Shown in pieces: positions 39,567 to 50,192 of a stretch of DNA of 64,000 nucleotides. Source of the DNA: Bacteroidales bacterium (GTDB lineage: Bacteria; Bacteroidota; Bacteroidia; Bacteroidales; CAIWKO01); assembly GCA_035389045.1 (NCBI GenBank), contig DAOORA010000019.1, positions 1 through 64,000 of the forward strand, written 5' to 3'. The position numbers and the translations under genes are program-made. Below the pieces are notes generated by a model, which searched no databases, was not told the DNA's origin, and saw only the letters and a list, made by a program, of their open reading frames with translations. The number at the start of each line of letters is the position of its first letter. Within the stretch, counting starts at the first letter, position 1.

Positions 39567-41579
39567 ATGTCTCAACAGGAGCAAACAACAAAGAGTTTAC
39601 CCGAAAATGCATACAGGGAACTTAAACCCGGTGAGGATTATCAACCAGTAATGTCACCCAAAAGAAGTTTTCCTGAAGTAACTTGGTGGTCTATATTTAT
39701 GGGATTACTTATGGCCGTTATATTTTCTGCTGCTGCAGCTTATTCAGGATTGAAAATTGGCCAGGTATTCGAAGCCGCAATTCCTATTTCTATTATTGCA
39801 GTTGGAGCTTCTGCTGCTGCTAAAAGGAAAGACGCACTCGGACAAAATGTTATTATTCAATCAATTGGCGCAAGTTCAGGTGTTATTGTAGCAGGAGCTG
39901 TATTTACTATACCTGGCCTTTATATACTTCAAGCAAAATATCCAGATATTCAGGTTAATTTCTGGCAGATATTTTTTTCATCATTGCTTGGAGGTTTTCT
40001 GGGAATACTATTTCTAATACCTTTTCGCAAGTATTTTGTTAAAGATATGCATGGAAAACTACCTTTTCCTGAAGCTACAGCCACAACTGAAATACTTATG
40101 ACCGGAGAAAAAGGGGGAAAGCAGGCAAAATTGCTCATTTTAAGTGGCTTAATTGGTGGTTTATTCGATTTTTGTTTTTCAGCGCTCAGGTTGTGGAGTG
40201 AAGAATTTACAACAAGAATAATTCCTCTTGGAGAAACACTTGCAACCAAAGTTAAAATGGTCTTTAAATTTAATGTTAGTGCTCTTATTTTTAGTTTTGG
40301 GTACCTTATTGGATTGCGTTATGCCCTGATCATAACCATGGGTTCACTCTTGTCTTGGTTTGTCTTTATTCCGCTAGTGAACGAAATAGGTTCTTTGGTC
40401 GCTCAAACCGGAGGGGGAATCAATCCTTTTGAATCAATGACTGCTGAGGATATTTTTAAAGCCTATGTTCGCCCAATTGGCATTGGTGCCATAGCAATGG
40501 CTGGTATCATTGGAATTATTAAATCTTCCGGTGTTATCGGCAGTGCATTCAAACTGGCATTTGGCATTGGAAAAAAGACTCATGCTGAGGTAAAAGTAGA
40601 ACGTACACAGAAAGACCTGAAAATGTCTTTCGTAATGTTGTTCATTTTGCTCACGCTTATTGCGGTTTTTATCTTCCTGATTTTTGGAGTAAAAATAACT
40701 TTTGTTCAGGCTGTTGTAGCCCTGCTAACGGTGCTTGTAATCTCTTTTTTGTTTACAACCGTTGCAGCAAATGCTATTGCAATCGTCGGTACCAATCCCG
40801 TTTCGGGTATGACACTCATGACATTGATATTGTCTTCAGTGGTTCTGGTTTCTGTCGGATTGAAAGGTTGGCAGGGCATGGTAAGTTCACTTGTGATCGG
40901 TGGAATTGTTTGTACTGCACTATCAATGGCCGGTGGTTTCATTACTGACCTTAAGGTCGGTTATTGGTTGGGCACCACTCCTGTTAAGCAGCAATCATTC
41001 AAATTTCTCGGAACTTTGCTTTCAGCTGCCACAGTAGGTATAGTAATTTTTATTCTCAATGATGCTTATGGTTTTGTCGAAACAGCAAAACATACAAAGC
41101 CTATGGTAGCTCCTCAGGCAAATGCTATGGCCGCCATCATTGAACCTTTAATGTCGGGTTCGGGCGTCAGTTGGGCTCTGTTGGCAACAGGTGCGATAAT
41201 TTCGTTGATTGTTAACTGGCTCAAAGTGTCGCCGCTTGCATTTGCATTGGGTATGTTTATTCCATTACCGCTAAATACACCTTTAGTAGTTGGTGGATTG
41301 CTAAACCACTGGTTTACAAAGTCCACTAAAGATGAAAAGCTTGCCAATGCACGTATTCAAAGAGGTATTCTTATATCTTCCGGTTTTATTGCCGGTGCCG
41401 CGATTTTTGGTGTTATCGGAGCCTTGATAATTTTCTTTACCGATAACCCTGATGCTGTAAATCTCAAAGTCTGGGATAATGATACAGGTGTGGGTGCCCA
41501 GGCTGCAGCATTGCTTGCTTTTCTCGTACTTATTGCTTATTTTGTCTGGGAATCCTTCAGAGCAAAAAAGGAAGATTAA
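39567..41579 (+). CDS. oligopeptide transporter, OPT family
   Basis: LPENAYREL, GLKIGQVFEAAIPI, LPFPEATAT, GTNPVSGMTL, DLKVGYWLG, APQANAMA. Confidence 0.92.
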   Translation: MSQQEQTTKSLPENAYRELKPGEDYQPVMSPKRSFPEVTWWSIFMGLLMAVIFSAAAAYSGLKIGQVFEAAIPISIIAVGASAAAKRKDALGQNVIIQSIGASSGVIVAGAVFTIPGLYILQAKYPDIQVNFWQIFFSSLLGGFLGILFLIPFRKYFVKDMHGKLPFPEATATTEILMTGEKGGKQAKLLILSGLIGGLFDFCFSALRLWSEEFTTRIIPLGETLATKVKMVFKFNVSALIFSFGYLIGLRYALIITMGSLLSWFVFIPLVNEIGSLVAQTGGGINPFESMTAEDIFKAYVRPIGIGAIAMAGIIGIIKSSGVIGSAFKLAFGIGKKTHAEVKVERTQKDLKMSFVMLFILLTLIAVFIFLIFGVKITFVQAVVALLTVLVISFLFTTVAANAIAIVGTNPVSGMTLMTLILSSVVLVSVGLKGWQGMVSSLVIGGIVCTALSMAGGFITDLKVGYWLGTTPVKQQSFKFLGTLLSAATVGIVIFILNDAYGFVETAKHTKPMVAPQANAMAAIIEPLMSGSGVSWALLATGAIISLIVNWLKVSPLAFALGMFIPLPLNTPLVVGGLLNHWFTKSTKDEKLANARIQRGILISSGFIAGAAIFGVIGALIIFFTDNPDAVNLKVWDNDTGVGAQAAALLAFLVLIAYFVWESFRAKKED

Positions 41580-41644
41580 CCTGACATGTGCCGCATTTTT
41601 TTTACAATGTAACTGGAAAATCATAAATATTAAACTAATTGTAA

Positions 41645-42880
41645 ATGAAAGAAAAAGTTCTTGAGCGTTTTTTACGATATATAAGAATCGATACGCAGTC
41701 GAATGAAGACTCTGAAACAACACCCAGTACTGAAAAACAATTCAATCTTGCCAGAGTGATAAAAAAGGAATTGGAAGATATGGGACTTCAGGATATCTCA
41801 CTTGATGAGAAATGTTATCTGATGGCGACATTACCGTCAAATGCAGGCGAGCCTTTGCCAACCATCGGATTTATAGCACATATGGACACAAGTCCCGATA
41901 TGCCGGGAGGTGTCGAAGTGCCCAAATTTGTTTATGGTTACAATGGTGATGATGTTGTAATTAATAAAGAAAAAAACCTGATACTTTCTGTAAAAGAATT
42001 CCCGGAACTTAATGAATATATCGGGCAGACAATTATTACTACTGATGGCACTACATTGCTTGGCGCCGATGATAAAGCCGGTATCGCCGAGATATTGACA
42101 GCAATTGATTTTCTGGTAAACAATCCTCAGATCAAACATGGATGCATTAAGATCGGTTTTACTCCTGATGAGGAAATCGGACGTGGTGTTGATCATTTTG
42201 ATGTAAGGAAATTCAATGCTGATTTTGCCTATACCATGGATGGTGGCGGAATTGGAGAGCTTGAATACGAGAATTTTAATGCTGCAGGAGCTAAGGTTTT
42301 TATTCAGGGTCGTAATATACATCCCGGGTATGCAAAGGATAAAATGATAAATGCCATGCTGGTAGCTATGGAATTTAATGCCATGCTTCCTGTAAACCAG
42401 CGGCCTGAATGTACTGCTGATTATGATGGTTTTTTTCATATGGTAAAAATGGAAGGGACTGTCGAAAATGCAATGTTACAGTACATCATACGCGATCATG
42501 ATAAGATCAAATTTGAAAGCAAGAAAAAACTTTTTGCTGATTGTGCAGATTTTCTGAAAAATCGTTATGGCTCAGATGTGCTGCGGTTTGAATTGAAGGA
42601 TCAGTATTTCAATATGAAAGAAAAGGTAGTTCCGGTCTTCCATGTTGTGGAAACAGCGCAAAAGGCCATGGAACTGCTGGGAATTAAGCCAAAGGTAGTT
42701 CCTATACGTGGCGGTACTGATGGTGCGCGTCTTTCATACATGGGCCTGCCTTGCCCGAACATTTTTGCCGGAGGCCATAATTTTCATGGAAAATTTGAGT
42801 ATGTTCCTGTTGAATCAATGGAAAAAGCTACAGAGGTGATTTTAAAAATCATTGAATTATACTCCAATAAAAACGCATAA
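41645..42880 (+). CDS. pepT: peptidase T (tripeptide aminopeptidase)
   Basis: FLRYIRIDTQS, GFIAHMDTSPD, TLLGADDKAG, FTPDEEIGRG, PIRGGTDG, GGHNFHG. Confidence 0.96.
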   Translation: MKEKVLERFLRYIRIDTQSNEDSETTPSTEKQFNLARVIKKELEDMGLQDISLDEKCYLMATLPSNAGEPLPTIGFIAHMDTSPDMPGGVEVPKFVYGYNGDDVVINKEKNLILSVKEFPELNEYIGQTIITTDGTTLLGADDKAGIAEILTAIDFLVNNPQIKHGCIKIGFTPDEEIGRGVDHFDVRKFNADFAYTMDGGGIGELEYENFNAAGAKVFIQGRNIHPGYAKDKMINAMLVAMEFNAMLPVNQRPECTADYDGFFHMVKMEGTVENAMLQYIIRDHDKIKFESKKKLFADCADFLKNRYGSDVLRFELKDQYFNMKEKVVPVFHVVETAQKAMELLGIKPKVVPIRGGTDGARLSYMGLPCPNIFAGGHNFHGKFEYVPVESMEKATEVILKIIELYSNKNA

Positions 42881-42931
42881 GGAGTTTATTGATCATACTG
42901 ATTCATATTCAAAGCCATAAAGCCTTGATTG

Positions 42932-43867
42932 CTAAAACATTCGTTCCCGTTTCAGCAAATATGATAAGAGTACATGGTGGAATCCTTGATTTATATCAGC
43001 GTCGACAAGATCAATACGGTATTGTCCGCATCGCAGTTTAAGTTCATTACGAAAATCATTTATAGCCTCAAGGTATTTTGATTTTATTTCATAAGGATTC
43101 AGTTTTATCTCATCACCATTCTCCATATCAATAAACTTGTACGGACGGTTATCAAAATTAAAATCAATTTCTTTGCTTTTATCGGTAACATGGAAAAGGA
43201 TGATCTCATGTTTATTGTGTTTCATATGTTGTAAAGCAGAAAAAAGTTCATCAGTGCGGGCATTGCTTTCCATCATATCACTGAAGATTATTACCAGGGA
43301 ACGTTTATGTAATACTTCTGCGATTTTGTGTAAAGCTTCGGATGCAAAAGTTTTTCTCGGTGATCCTTCTTCGTATGTATGAAGCATTTTTTCGAGTGAT
43401 TGAAAAATCAATTTCTGATGAGCGATGCTGGAGCGTGTTGTTCTGTGTTCCTCGATAGTATCCGAAAAAACGCTTAGCCCAAAAGCATCCCGCTGCTGAC
43501 GGAAAAGATAAATCAGGGCTGCGGCAGCATAAATCGAAAAAATGATCTTATTGGGATGATTGAGTAAAATGTCTTTTGTAACAGGATAATACATTGAAGA
43601 AGAGTTGTCGATGATGATCTGGCATCGGAGATTGGTTTCTTCTTCAAAACGCTTGACAAAAAGCTTATCGGATCTGCCGTATAGTTTCCAGTCGATATGC
43701 CGGATAGACTCTCCCTGATTGTATGGCCGGTGTTCGGAGAACTCAACCGAAAAACCATGAAAAGGGCTTTTATGCAAACCCGTAATAAATCCCTCTACAA
43801 CCTGTTTTGCAATAAATTCAAGGCTCCCAAAAGATTGTATGAGTTTCTGGTCAATAGGCACAGACAT
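42932..43867 (-). CDS. DUF58 domain (VWA-associated) protein
   Basis: VEGFITGLHKSPFHGFSVEFSEHR, IDWKLYGR, KRFEEETNL, DNSSSM. Confidence 0.9.
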   Translation of the reverse strand: MSVPIDQKLIQSFGSLEFIAKQVVEGFITGLHKSPFHGFSVEFSEHRPYNQGESIRHIDWKLYGRSDKLFVKRFEEETNLRCQIIIDNSSSMYYPVTKDILLNHPNKIIFSIYAAAALIYLFRQQRDAFGLSVFSDTIEEHRTTRSSIAHQKLIFQSLEKMLHTYEEGSPRKTFASEALHKIAEVLHKRSLVIIFSDMMESNARTDELFSALQHMKHNKHEIILFHVTDKSKEIDFNFDNRPYKFIDMENGDEIKLNPYEIKSKYLEAINDFRNELKLRCGQYRIDLVDADINQGFHHVLLSYLLKRERMF

Positions 43868-43885
43868 AAGACTTGCCTCTAATAA

Positions 43886-44203
43886 TTATAATAAGCTGTT
43901 AAGCTTGCTTACGATGGTAGATTTGGAAGTTGAACCAACAATTTTATCAACTTCTTTCCCGTTTTTGTAAAACAAAAGTGTTGGAATATTACGTATTTTT
44001 AATTTAGTCGTGATTCCCGGATTTTCATCTACATTAACTTTTCCAATGATCGCCTTACCATCAAATTCTGTACTTACTTCATCAACAATAGGAGTTATTG
44101 ATCTGCATGGGCCGCACCATTCAGCCCAAAAGTCAATCATTACTACTTTTCCTGAGTTGGCAACAAGCTCATCAAAGTTTTTGTCCGTAATTTCGTGTGC
44201 CAT
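43886..44203 (-). CDS. trxA: thioredoxin
   Basis: DFWAEWCGPCR, IRNIPTLL. Confidence 0.96.
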   Translation of the reverse strand: MAHEITDKNFDELVANSGKVVMIDFWAEWCGPCRSITPIVDEVSTEFDGKAIIGKVNVDENPGITTKLKIRNIPTLLFYKNGKEVDKIVGSTSKSTIVSKLNSLL

Positions 44204-44242
44204 GTATTCGATAATTAAATTTGTACAAAAATAGTCACTTTA

Positions 44243-47200
44243 TCAATTCAATTTGTATTTTATTCCGTTAATTGTTTCAATTTCTTTGAGAAAACCTTCG
44301 CAGCTTATTTTACGTTTTCGGGATAACATGTCCACTGTAATATTCTCTTCTTCGTCGACAACCTGCATTTTTAACTGGACATTCCCAGGATAATCCTTTA
44401 GCAACTGCTTGATTCGTTCAATATATTCAGTATTAACCATTTCGAGGTTGATAAATAATGTCAATTCTTTAGTCCTTTTTTCTAACAAACTGTATAAGGG
44501 TTCGATGGAATGGATTTTAATTTCGTATTCAATTACATAATTAGGATCTTTTTCTTTATCTCCCCATCCTCTTCGGTCAACTTTTCCGGAGACGAATATG
44601 CACTTGCCTATTTCGAGTAGATGCTTGAATTTGTCATAGTTTTCAGACCACAGGTTCAGCCGGGTTGCACCTGAATAATCTTCCAGTTTGAAATAACCGA
44701 ACGGTTTATTGTTCTTATTTATCTTATGTTCTGCCTGGATAATCATGCCGGCAAAACGTATATCTCTACCTGCAAATAAACTGAGGTTTTCGCATTTGTC
44801 CAGTGTGAAATTGGTAAAATGCCGTATTTCAATTCTGAAGTTGTCCAATGGATGTCCCGACATATAAAATCCGATGACTTCTTTTTCATGGTTCAGCATT
44901 TCTATAGTGGACCATGGTTCGCAAACAGGTAATTCGGGATCGGGAATTTCAGTTTCTGAGCTTTCTCCGAATAATGATTGCTGCATTGAATTTTGCTTGT
45001 TTTGAGTAAGCGCAATATGTCTGATAATTTTTTCAAGAAAAGTAATATCTTCATTGGGTAGTTTATAGAAAAATTGTGCACGGTGAATATCCATACTGTC
45101 AAAAGCGCCCGCCATAGCAAGGGCTTCGATGCTTTTCTTATTTACGGTCCGCAGGTTGACCCTGTTCAGAAAATCAAAAATATTTTTGTAAGTTCCGTTT
45201 TTTTCACGTTCGGAGATAATAACATCAACAGCAGCATTTCCCAATCCTTTAATAGCAGCCAATCCGAATCGTATTTCTCCTTTAGTGTTTACTACAAAAC
45301 GTATCTGACTTTCGTTGATATCGGGGCCAAGGACGCGTATGTTCAGTTTTTTACATTCATCAATCAGAAAGGTGATTTCATCAATATCAGATACATTCCG
45401 GCTCAGTACGGCAGCCATGAATTCATTCTGGAAATGCGCTTTCAGGTAGGCCATACGGTAAGCTGTAATGGCATAACAGGCTGCGTGTGATTTGTTGAAA
45501 GCATATTCGGCAAAGGCCAGCCAATCCTTCCATACTTTATTAACAATCGTTTCCGAAATTCCGTTTGTTGCGCAACCCTCGATAAATTTGGGGTGCAACT
45601 CATTCATCAGAACAATGTTTTTCTTTCCCATGGCCTTGCGGAGCCCATCGGCTTGTCCGCGGGAAAAATTGCCCATCCTGCGCGAAAGTTCCATGACTTG
45701 TTCCTGGTATACCGGGATTCCGTATGTATCCTTCAGACTTTCTTCCATTAGCGGATGGTCATACGTAATTTGTTCTTTACCGTGTTTACGCCGGACATAG
45801 TTGGGGATGTTATCCATTGGCCCCGGGCGGTAGAGGGCGTTCATGGCGATAAGGTCCTCGAAATGGTTGGGTTTAAGCTCGCGGAGGTGTTTTTTCATGC
45901 CATCCGATTCAAACTGGAAAATGGCAGTTGTATTTCCGTTGCTGAACAACTCGTAAGACGCCTTATCGTCAAGAGGAATATTGTTGAGGTCAATATCGAT
46001 ACCTTTTGAGAATTTGATGTTTTCGAGGGCATCTTTGATGATTGAAAGGGTTTTCAGTCCCAGAAAATCCATTTTCAGCAACCCGACCGATTCAACGTGA
46101 GACCCTTCGTACTGTGTTACTGTGAGGTCAGAGTCTTTTGATGTACATAATGGAATATGTTCTATCAGGTCATCCTTGCCAATGATGATGCCGCAGGCAT
46201 GAATTCCCGTGTGTCTGATAGAGCCTTCGAGATCTACTGCATATTTTATAGTTCTGGCAATAAGCGGATTGGCAGACTGCTTTGCTTGTTTTAATTCGTT
46301 GGAAGCAACAATAGCTTCTTCAAGATTCTTCACTTTCGGGGGAACAAGTTTGGCCAGTTTGTCGGCTTCTGACAGCGGGAGATTTTCAACCCGGGCCACG
46401 TCACGTATGGCCATTTTTGAAGCCATAGTTCCAAAAGTGATAATTTGTGCCACTCTTGAACTTCCATATTTATTAACCACCCAATTGATCACTTTTTCAC
46501 GTCCGTCCTCATCAAAGTCAATGTCCATATCAGGCATAGAAACACGGTCCGGATTGAGGAATCTTTCGAAAAGCAAACCATATTTCATGGGTTCTATATC
46601 GGTAATAAACAAACAATATGCGACCACTGAACCGGCTGCGGAACCACGTCCCGGACCGACTGAAACACCCATATCGCGCGCTGCCTTTATGAAATCATTT
46701 ACAATCAGGAAATACCCCGGGAAATTCATTTTTTTAATCACGGCCAGTTCAAATTCTATTCGTTCTTTGAGTACTTCCGTAATTTCAGGATAACGTTTTT
46801 TTGCTCCGTCATAGGTAAGATATTCAAGGTATTCATAAGCGTCGGAGAACCCTTCCGGTAAAGGAAAATCCGGTAAAATCGGTTTTTTATTAAGGTTAAA
46901 AGACTCTATTTTTTCAGCAATTAAATTGGTGTTTTCAATGGCTTCAGGGATATCTGCAAATAAATCCATCATCTCGTCAGGAGATTTCAGGTATTCCATG
47001 CGCGTATATTTCAACCTGTTGGTATCGGTGAGAAGTTTACCGGTATTGATACACAGTAAATGATCATGGGCTTCAGCATCCTGGACGTTGATGAAATGAA
47101 CGTCGTTTGAGGCGATAAGCTTTACATCATATTTGGTTGATAGTCTGATAAGTTCCTTGTTTACAATTTGTTGCTGTGCAAAAACATCTTCATCTATTTC

Positions 47201-47746
47201 AGGGATGTCGGTTTTGTGCCGCATCAGTTCAAGGTAGAAATCTTCACCAAAAAGATTTTTGAAATCCTGTATTTTCTGCTCTGCTTTTTCAATATCGTTT
47301 TTAAGAATATAATAAGGTATTTCTCCTGCTATGCATGCCGAGGATGCGATCAGTCCTTCGTGATACAGCGACAGTAGTTCCCAGTCGATACGCGGCTTGT
47401 AATAAAAGCCTTCAAGCCATGCCAGCGAAACAAGTCTGCACAGGTTTTTATACCCGGTTTCGTTTTTTGCCAGTAATATCAGGTGAAACCCCGACCTGTC
47501 ATCGGTATCCGATTTGTCTGTACGGCCTTTGGCTGCTACATAAGTCTCACAGCCAAGTATGGGCTTGATTCCAATTGAAGTGGCTTTATTAAAAAATTCT
47601 TTTACGCCGAACATATTTCCATGGTCTGTAATGGCAAGCGACGTCATTCCGAGTTCCTTTGCTTTTGTGATCAGTTTAGTAATATCTGAAGCCCCGTCAA
47701 GAACAGAGTATTGGGTATGGACATGTAAGTGGGTGAAATTTACCAT
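44243..47746 (-). CDS. dnaE: DNA polymerase III alpha subunit
   Basis: HLHVHTQYSVLDG (PHP), GPGRGSAAGS, FERFLNPDRVSMPDMDIDF, KMDFLGL, YAFNKSH. No intein evident. Confidence 0.97.
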   Translation of the reverse strand: MVNFTHLHVHTQYSVLDGASDITKLITKAKELGMTSLAITDHGNMFGVKEFFNKATSIGIKPILGCETYVAAKGRTDKSDTDDRSGFHLILLAKNETGYKNLCRLVSLAWLEGFYYKPRIDWELLSLYHEGLIASSACIAGEIPYYILKNDIEKAEQKIQDFKNLFGEDFYLELMRHKTDIPEIDEDVFAQQQIVNKELIRLSTKYDVKLIASNDVHFINVQDAEAHDHLLCINTGKLLTDTNRLKYTRMEYLKSPDEMMDLFADIPEAIENTNLIAEKIESFNLNKKPILPDFPLPEGFSDAYEYLEYLTYDGAKKRYPEITEVLKERIEFELAVIKKMNFPGYFLIVNDFIKAARDMGVSVGPGRGSAAGSVVAYCLFITDIEPMKYGLLFERFLNPDRVSMPDMDIDFDEDGREKVINWVVNKYGSSRVAQIITFGTMASKMAIRDVARVENLPLSEADKLAKLVPPKVKNLEEAIVASNELKQAKQSANPLIARTIKYAVDLEGSIRHTGIHACGIIIGKDDLIEHIPLCTSKDSDLTVTQYEGSHVESVGLLKMDFLGLKTLSIIKDALENIKFSKGIDIDLNNIPLDDKASYELFSNGNTTAIFQFESDGMKKHLRELKPNHFEDLIAMNALYRPGPMDNIPNYVRRKHGKEQITYDHPLMEESLKDTYGIPVYQEQVMELSRRMGNFSRGQADGLRKAMGKKNIVLMNELHPKFIEGCATNGISETIVNKVWKDWLAFAEYAFNKSHAACYAITAYRMAYLKAHFQNEFMAAVLSRNVSDIDEITFLIDECKKLNIRVLGPDINESQIRFVVNTKGEIRFGLAAIKGLGNAAVDVIISEREKNGTYKNIFDFLNRVNLRTVNKKSIEALAMAGAFDSMDIHRAQFFYKLPNEDITFLEKIIRHIALTQNKQNSMQQSLFGESSETEIPDPELPVCEPWSTIEMLNHEKEVIGFYMSGHPLDNFRIEIRHFTNFTLDKCENLSLFAGRDIRFAGMIIQAEHKINKNNKPFGYFKLEDYSGATRLNLWSENYDKFKHLLEIGKCIFVSGKVDRRGWGDKEKDPNYVIEYEIKIHSIEPLYSLLEKRTKELTLFINLEMVNTEYIERIKQLLKDYPGNVQLKMQVVDEEENITVDMLSRKRKISCEGFLKEIETINGIKYKLN

Positions 47747-47789
47747 GATATGTGGAAATTGAATTGCATGATATGTGGAAATTGAATTG
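47744..47789. repeat. exact 23-bp tandem duplication spanning the dnaE start codon
   Basis: catgatatgtggaaattgaattg x2 (47744-47766 and 47767-47789). Confidence 0.92.
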
Positions 47790-48198
47790 ATTTTTTTCTT
47801 TTGTAAAATTACTGATTTTGACGGTCAAAAATGGCATTGTTCATAAATTTTAAATCTATTGATATCATGTAAGTTGTAAGTTAAAAACAGCACACATATG
47901 TTGATGACAGTTTTTATGATTAAATACTGAACAATTTGAAAGAACCTATGTGTCATGTTCAAATAATAAATTATAGTTATCTCATGGTCAGTTTATTAAA
48001 TGTTCATCTACGGCTTATATATTAGACTTATAAACAATGTGTAATTATGATTTATAAAATATTAGGCTGTACTGGGGTTTCATTCATCCGCTCATTGATA
48101 ATAAAACCTTCATTATAGCTGAATTGTGCTGAAAATCAAAGTTTTTAAACTTGTTTAAGGTAATAAAAAATTCCTTCTTGTTGTAATAATATTTTGTC

Positions 48199-48206
48199 TA
48201 TTTTTG
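48199..48206 (+). promoter_or_regulatory. -7 element upstream of efp
   Basis: TATTTTTG about 28 nt before ATG 48234. Confidence 0.6.
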
Positions 48207-48233
48207 CACGAAATTTTGAAAAAAGGAATGCTT

Positions 48234-48800
48234 ATGGCAACTACGGCAGATATAAGAAATGGTTTATGCATAGAGTTTAACAACGATTTATTTGTTGTTG
48301 TTGAATTTCAGCATGTTAAACCAGGAAAAGGCGGGGCTTTCGTCAGGACCAAACTCAAAAGTCTTACAACAGGAAAAGTAATCAGCAATACCTTCAACTC
48401 GGGTACAAAGATTGATGTTACCCGTGTGGAAAGACGTCCTTACCAGTTTCTGTATAAGGATGATAGTGGGTATAACTTTATGCATGTCGAAACTTTCGAA
48501 CAGGTATTGATCATGGAAGAAATGATTGATGCGCATGATTTATTGAAAGAGGGACAAATGGTGGAGATCATGTTCCATGCCGATACCGAACGTCCGCTAT
48601 CATGCGAACTCCCTGCCTTTGTAGAACTCGAAGTTGTTTACACGGAACCCGGCATAAGAGGTGATACAGCAACCAATGCACTGAAACATGCGACCATGGA
48701 AACAGGTGCAATTGTAGATGTGCCGTTATTTATTAATATCGGCGAAAAAATCAGAATTGACACAAGAAATCATTCTTATTACGAACGTGTTAAATCATAA
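48234..48800 (+). CDS. efp: elongation factor P
   Basis: [48 protein letters not shown]. Confidence 0.97.
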   Translation: MATTADIRNGLCIEFNNDLFVVVEFQHVKPGKGGAFVRTKLKSLTTGKVISNTFNSGTKIDVTRVERRPYQFLYKDDSGYNFMHVETFEQVLIMEEMIDAHDLLKEGQMVEIMFHADTERPLSCELPAFVELEVVYTEPGIRGDTATNALKHATMETGAIVDVPLFINIGEKIRIDTRNHSYYERVKS

Positions 48801-48826
48801 GCCGGTATTCACAGATAACTTTAATT

Positions 48827-49747
48827 ATGAAATTTCAAGATACTTACACATTAAAAGATTTTGCTGAGTTTTTAAACGCAAAGTATATTGGTTGCGATGA
48901 CCATAAAATTACCGGTATTAACGAAGTTCATATGGTCGAGGAAGGCGACATTACCTTTGTCGATTTTTATAAGTATTATGATAAGGCATTAAACTCAAAA
49001 GCCTCTACCGTCATAATAAATAAAAAGGTAACACCACCGGATGGCAAAGCGCTAATAATTTCTGAGGATCCTTTCCGGGACTTCAACAAAATCGCCACCC
49101 GTTTCCGGAAGTTTGAACCCTGTGCGAATCCTATCAGCGATTCGGCGGAAATAGGGGAAGGCACAATTTTGCAGCCAGGCGTGTTTATCGGGAACCATGT
49201 TAAAATTGGTAAAAACTGCATTATTCATTCCAACGTCAGCATTTACGATTATTCCGTTATTGGCGACAATGTCATCATCCAGTCGAATGCGGTTATCGGA
49301 GGAGATGCCTATTATTTCAAACGTCGCCCCGATCATTACGATAAAATGGAATCATGCGGAAGGACCATCATACATGACGACGTAGAGATAGGCGCTCTGT
49401 GTGCTGTGGACAAGGGTGTATCCGGAGATACTATCGTTGGCCAGGGCACAAAGATCGACAACCATGTTCAGATCGGACATGATACACATATTGGTAAAAA
49501 TTGTCTCATTGGTGCACATTCAGCCATAGCAGGAGTTACTGTCATTGAAGATGATGTTTGTATATGGGCACAGGTTATGATAAATAAAGACATAACAATT
49601 GGTAAAGGAGCTGTGCTTCTTGCAACGTCCGCCGTAGACAAATCTATGGAAGGCGGTAAGGTTTATTTTGGATCCCCGGCCATTGAAGCACGAAAAAAAT
49701 GGCGTGAGATAATAGCTTTGAAAAAATTAGCTGAAAATTATAAGTGA
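48827..49747 (+). CDS. LpxD-like UDP-3-O-acyl-glucosamine N-acyltransferase (hexapeptide repeats)
   Basis: LpxD N-terminal domain, left-handed beta-helix repeats, GTKIDNHVQIGHD; follows efp as is common in Bacteroidota. Confidence 0.82.
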   Translation: MKFQDTYTLKDFAEFLNAKYIGCDDHKITGINEVHMVEEGDITFVDFYKYYDKALNSKASTVIINKKVTPPDGKALIISEDPFRDFNKIATRFRKFEPCANPISDSAEIGEGTILQPGVFIGNHVKIGKNCIIHSNVSIYDYSVIGDNVIIQSNAVIGGDAYYFKRRPDHYDKMESCGRTIIHDDVEIGALCAVDKGVSGDTIVGQGTKIDNHVQIGHDTHIGKNCLIGAHSAIAGVTVIEDDVCIWAQVMINKDITIGKGAVLLATSAVDKSMEGGKVYFGSPAIEARKKWREIIALKKLAENYK

Positions 49748-49804
49748 TTTTCAGCAAAAACTACCGTTTATTTTTCGTATTGTCGTTCAGAAACATTGTA
49801 AAGC

Positions 49805-50185
49805 ATGGGGGATAAAACATTTGATAAATATTCCAATATCCGCATAAATTACAAATTGTGGATGTCTTCTCAAACCGGTGATGCTATCATTGACGATGAT
49901 AAATGGAAAATGCTCATTTCTATACAGGAACTTGGTTCACTGATGGCAGCTGCCAATAATGAAAAGATAAGTTACCGCAAAGCCTGGGGTGATATTCGTA
50001 AAATGGAAGCTATACTTGGGTTCCGGCTGGTCGAAAAACACCGCGGGGGCAAGTCTGGTGGTATTACCATACTTACAAATGAGGGCGTCAGGCTTATTAA
50101 CTCGTATGTGAGATTTCGCGCTGAATTTCAGCAAAATGTTGATGAAACCATAAAAAAATTTAAAAAAGAGCTGAAACAAGTTTAG
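49805..50185 (+). CDS. ModE N-terminal-type winged-HTH regulator (no TOBE/molybdate-binding domain)
   Basis: KLWM, ISIQELGSLMAAA...ISYRKAWGDIRKME...LVEKHRGGKSGGITILTNEG; only 126 aa. Confidence 0.82.
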   Translation: MGDKTFDKYSNIRINYKLWMSSQTGDAIIDDDKWKMLISIQELGSLMAAANNEKISYRKAWGDIRKMEAILGFRLVEKHRGGKSGGITILTNEGVRLINSYVRFRAEFQQNVDETIKKFKKELKQV

Positions 50186-50192
50186 TTTCCCA

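Noticed and set aside
47790..48230. Replication origin or ncRNA in the AT-rich dnaE-efp divergent region
   Set aside because: Gene orientation switches here, but I found no cluster of DnaA boxes or recognisable RNA structure; explained as divergent promoters
49748..49804. Cobalamin/Moco riboswitch or ModE box upstream of the uptake operon
   Set aside because: Only 57 nt, with no recognisable riboswitch core or ModE palindrome
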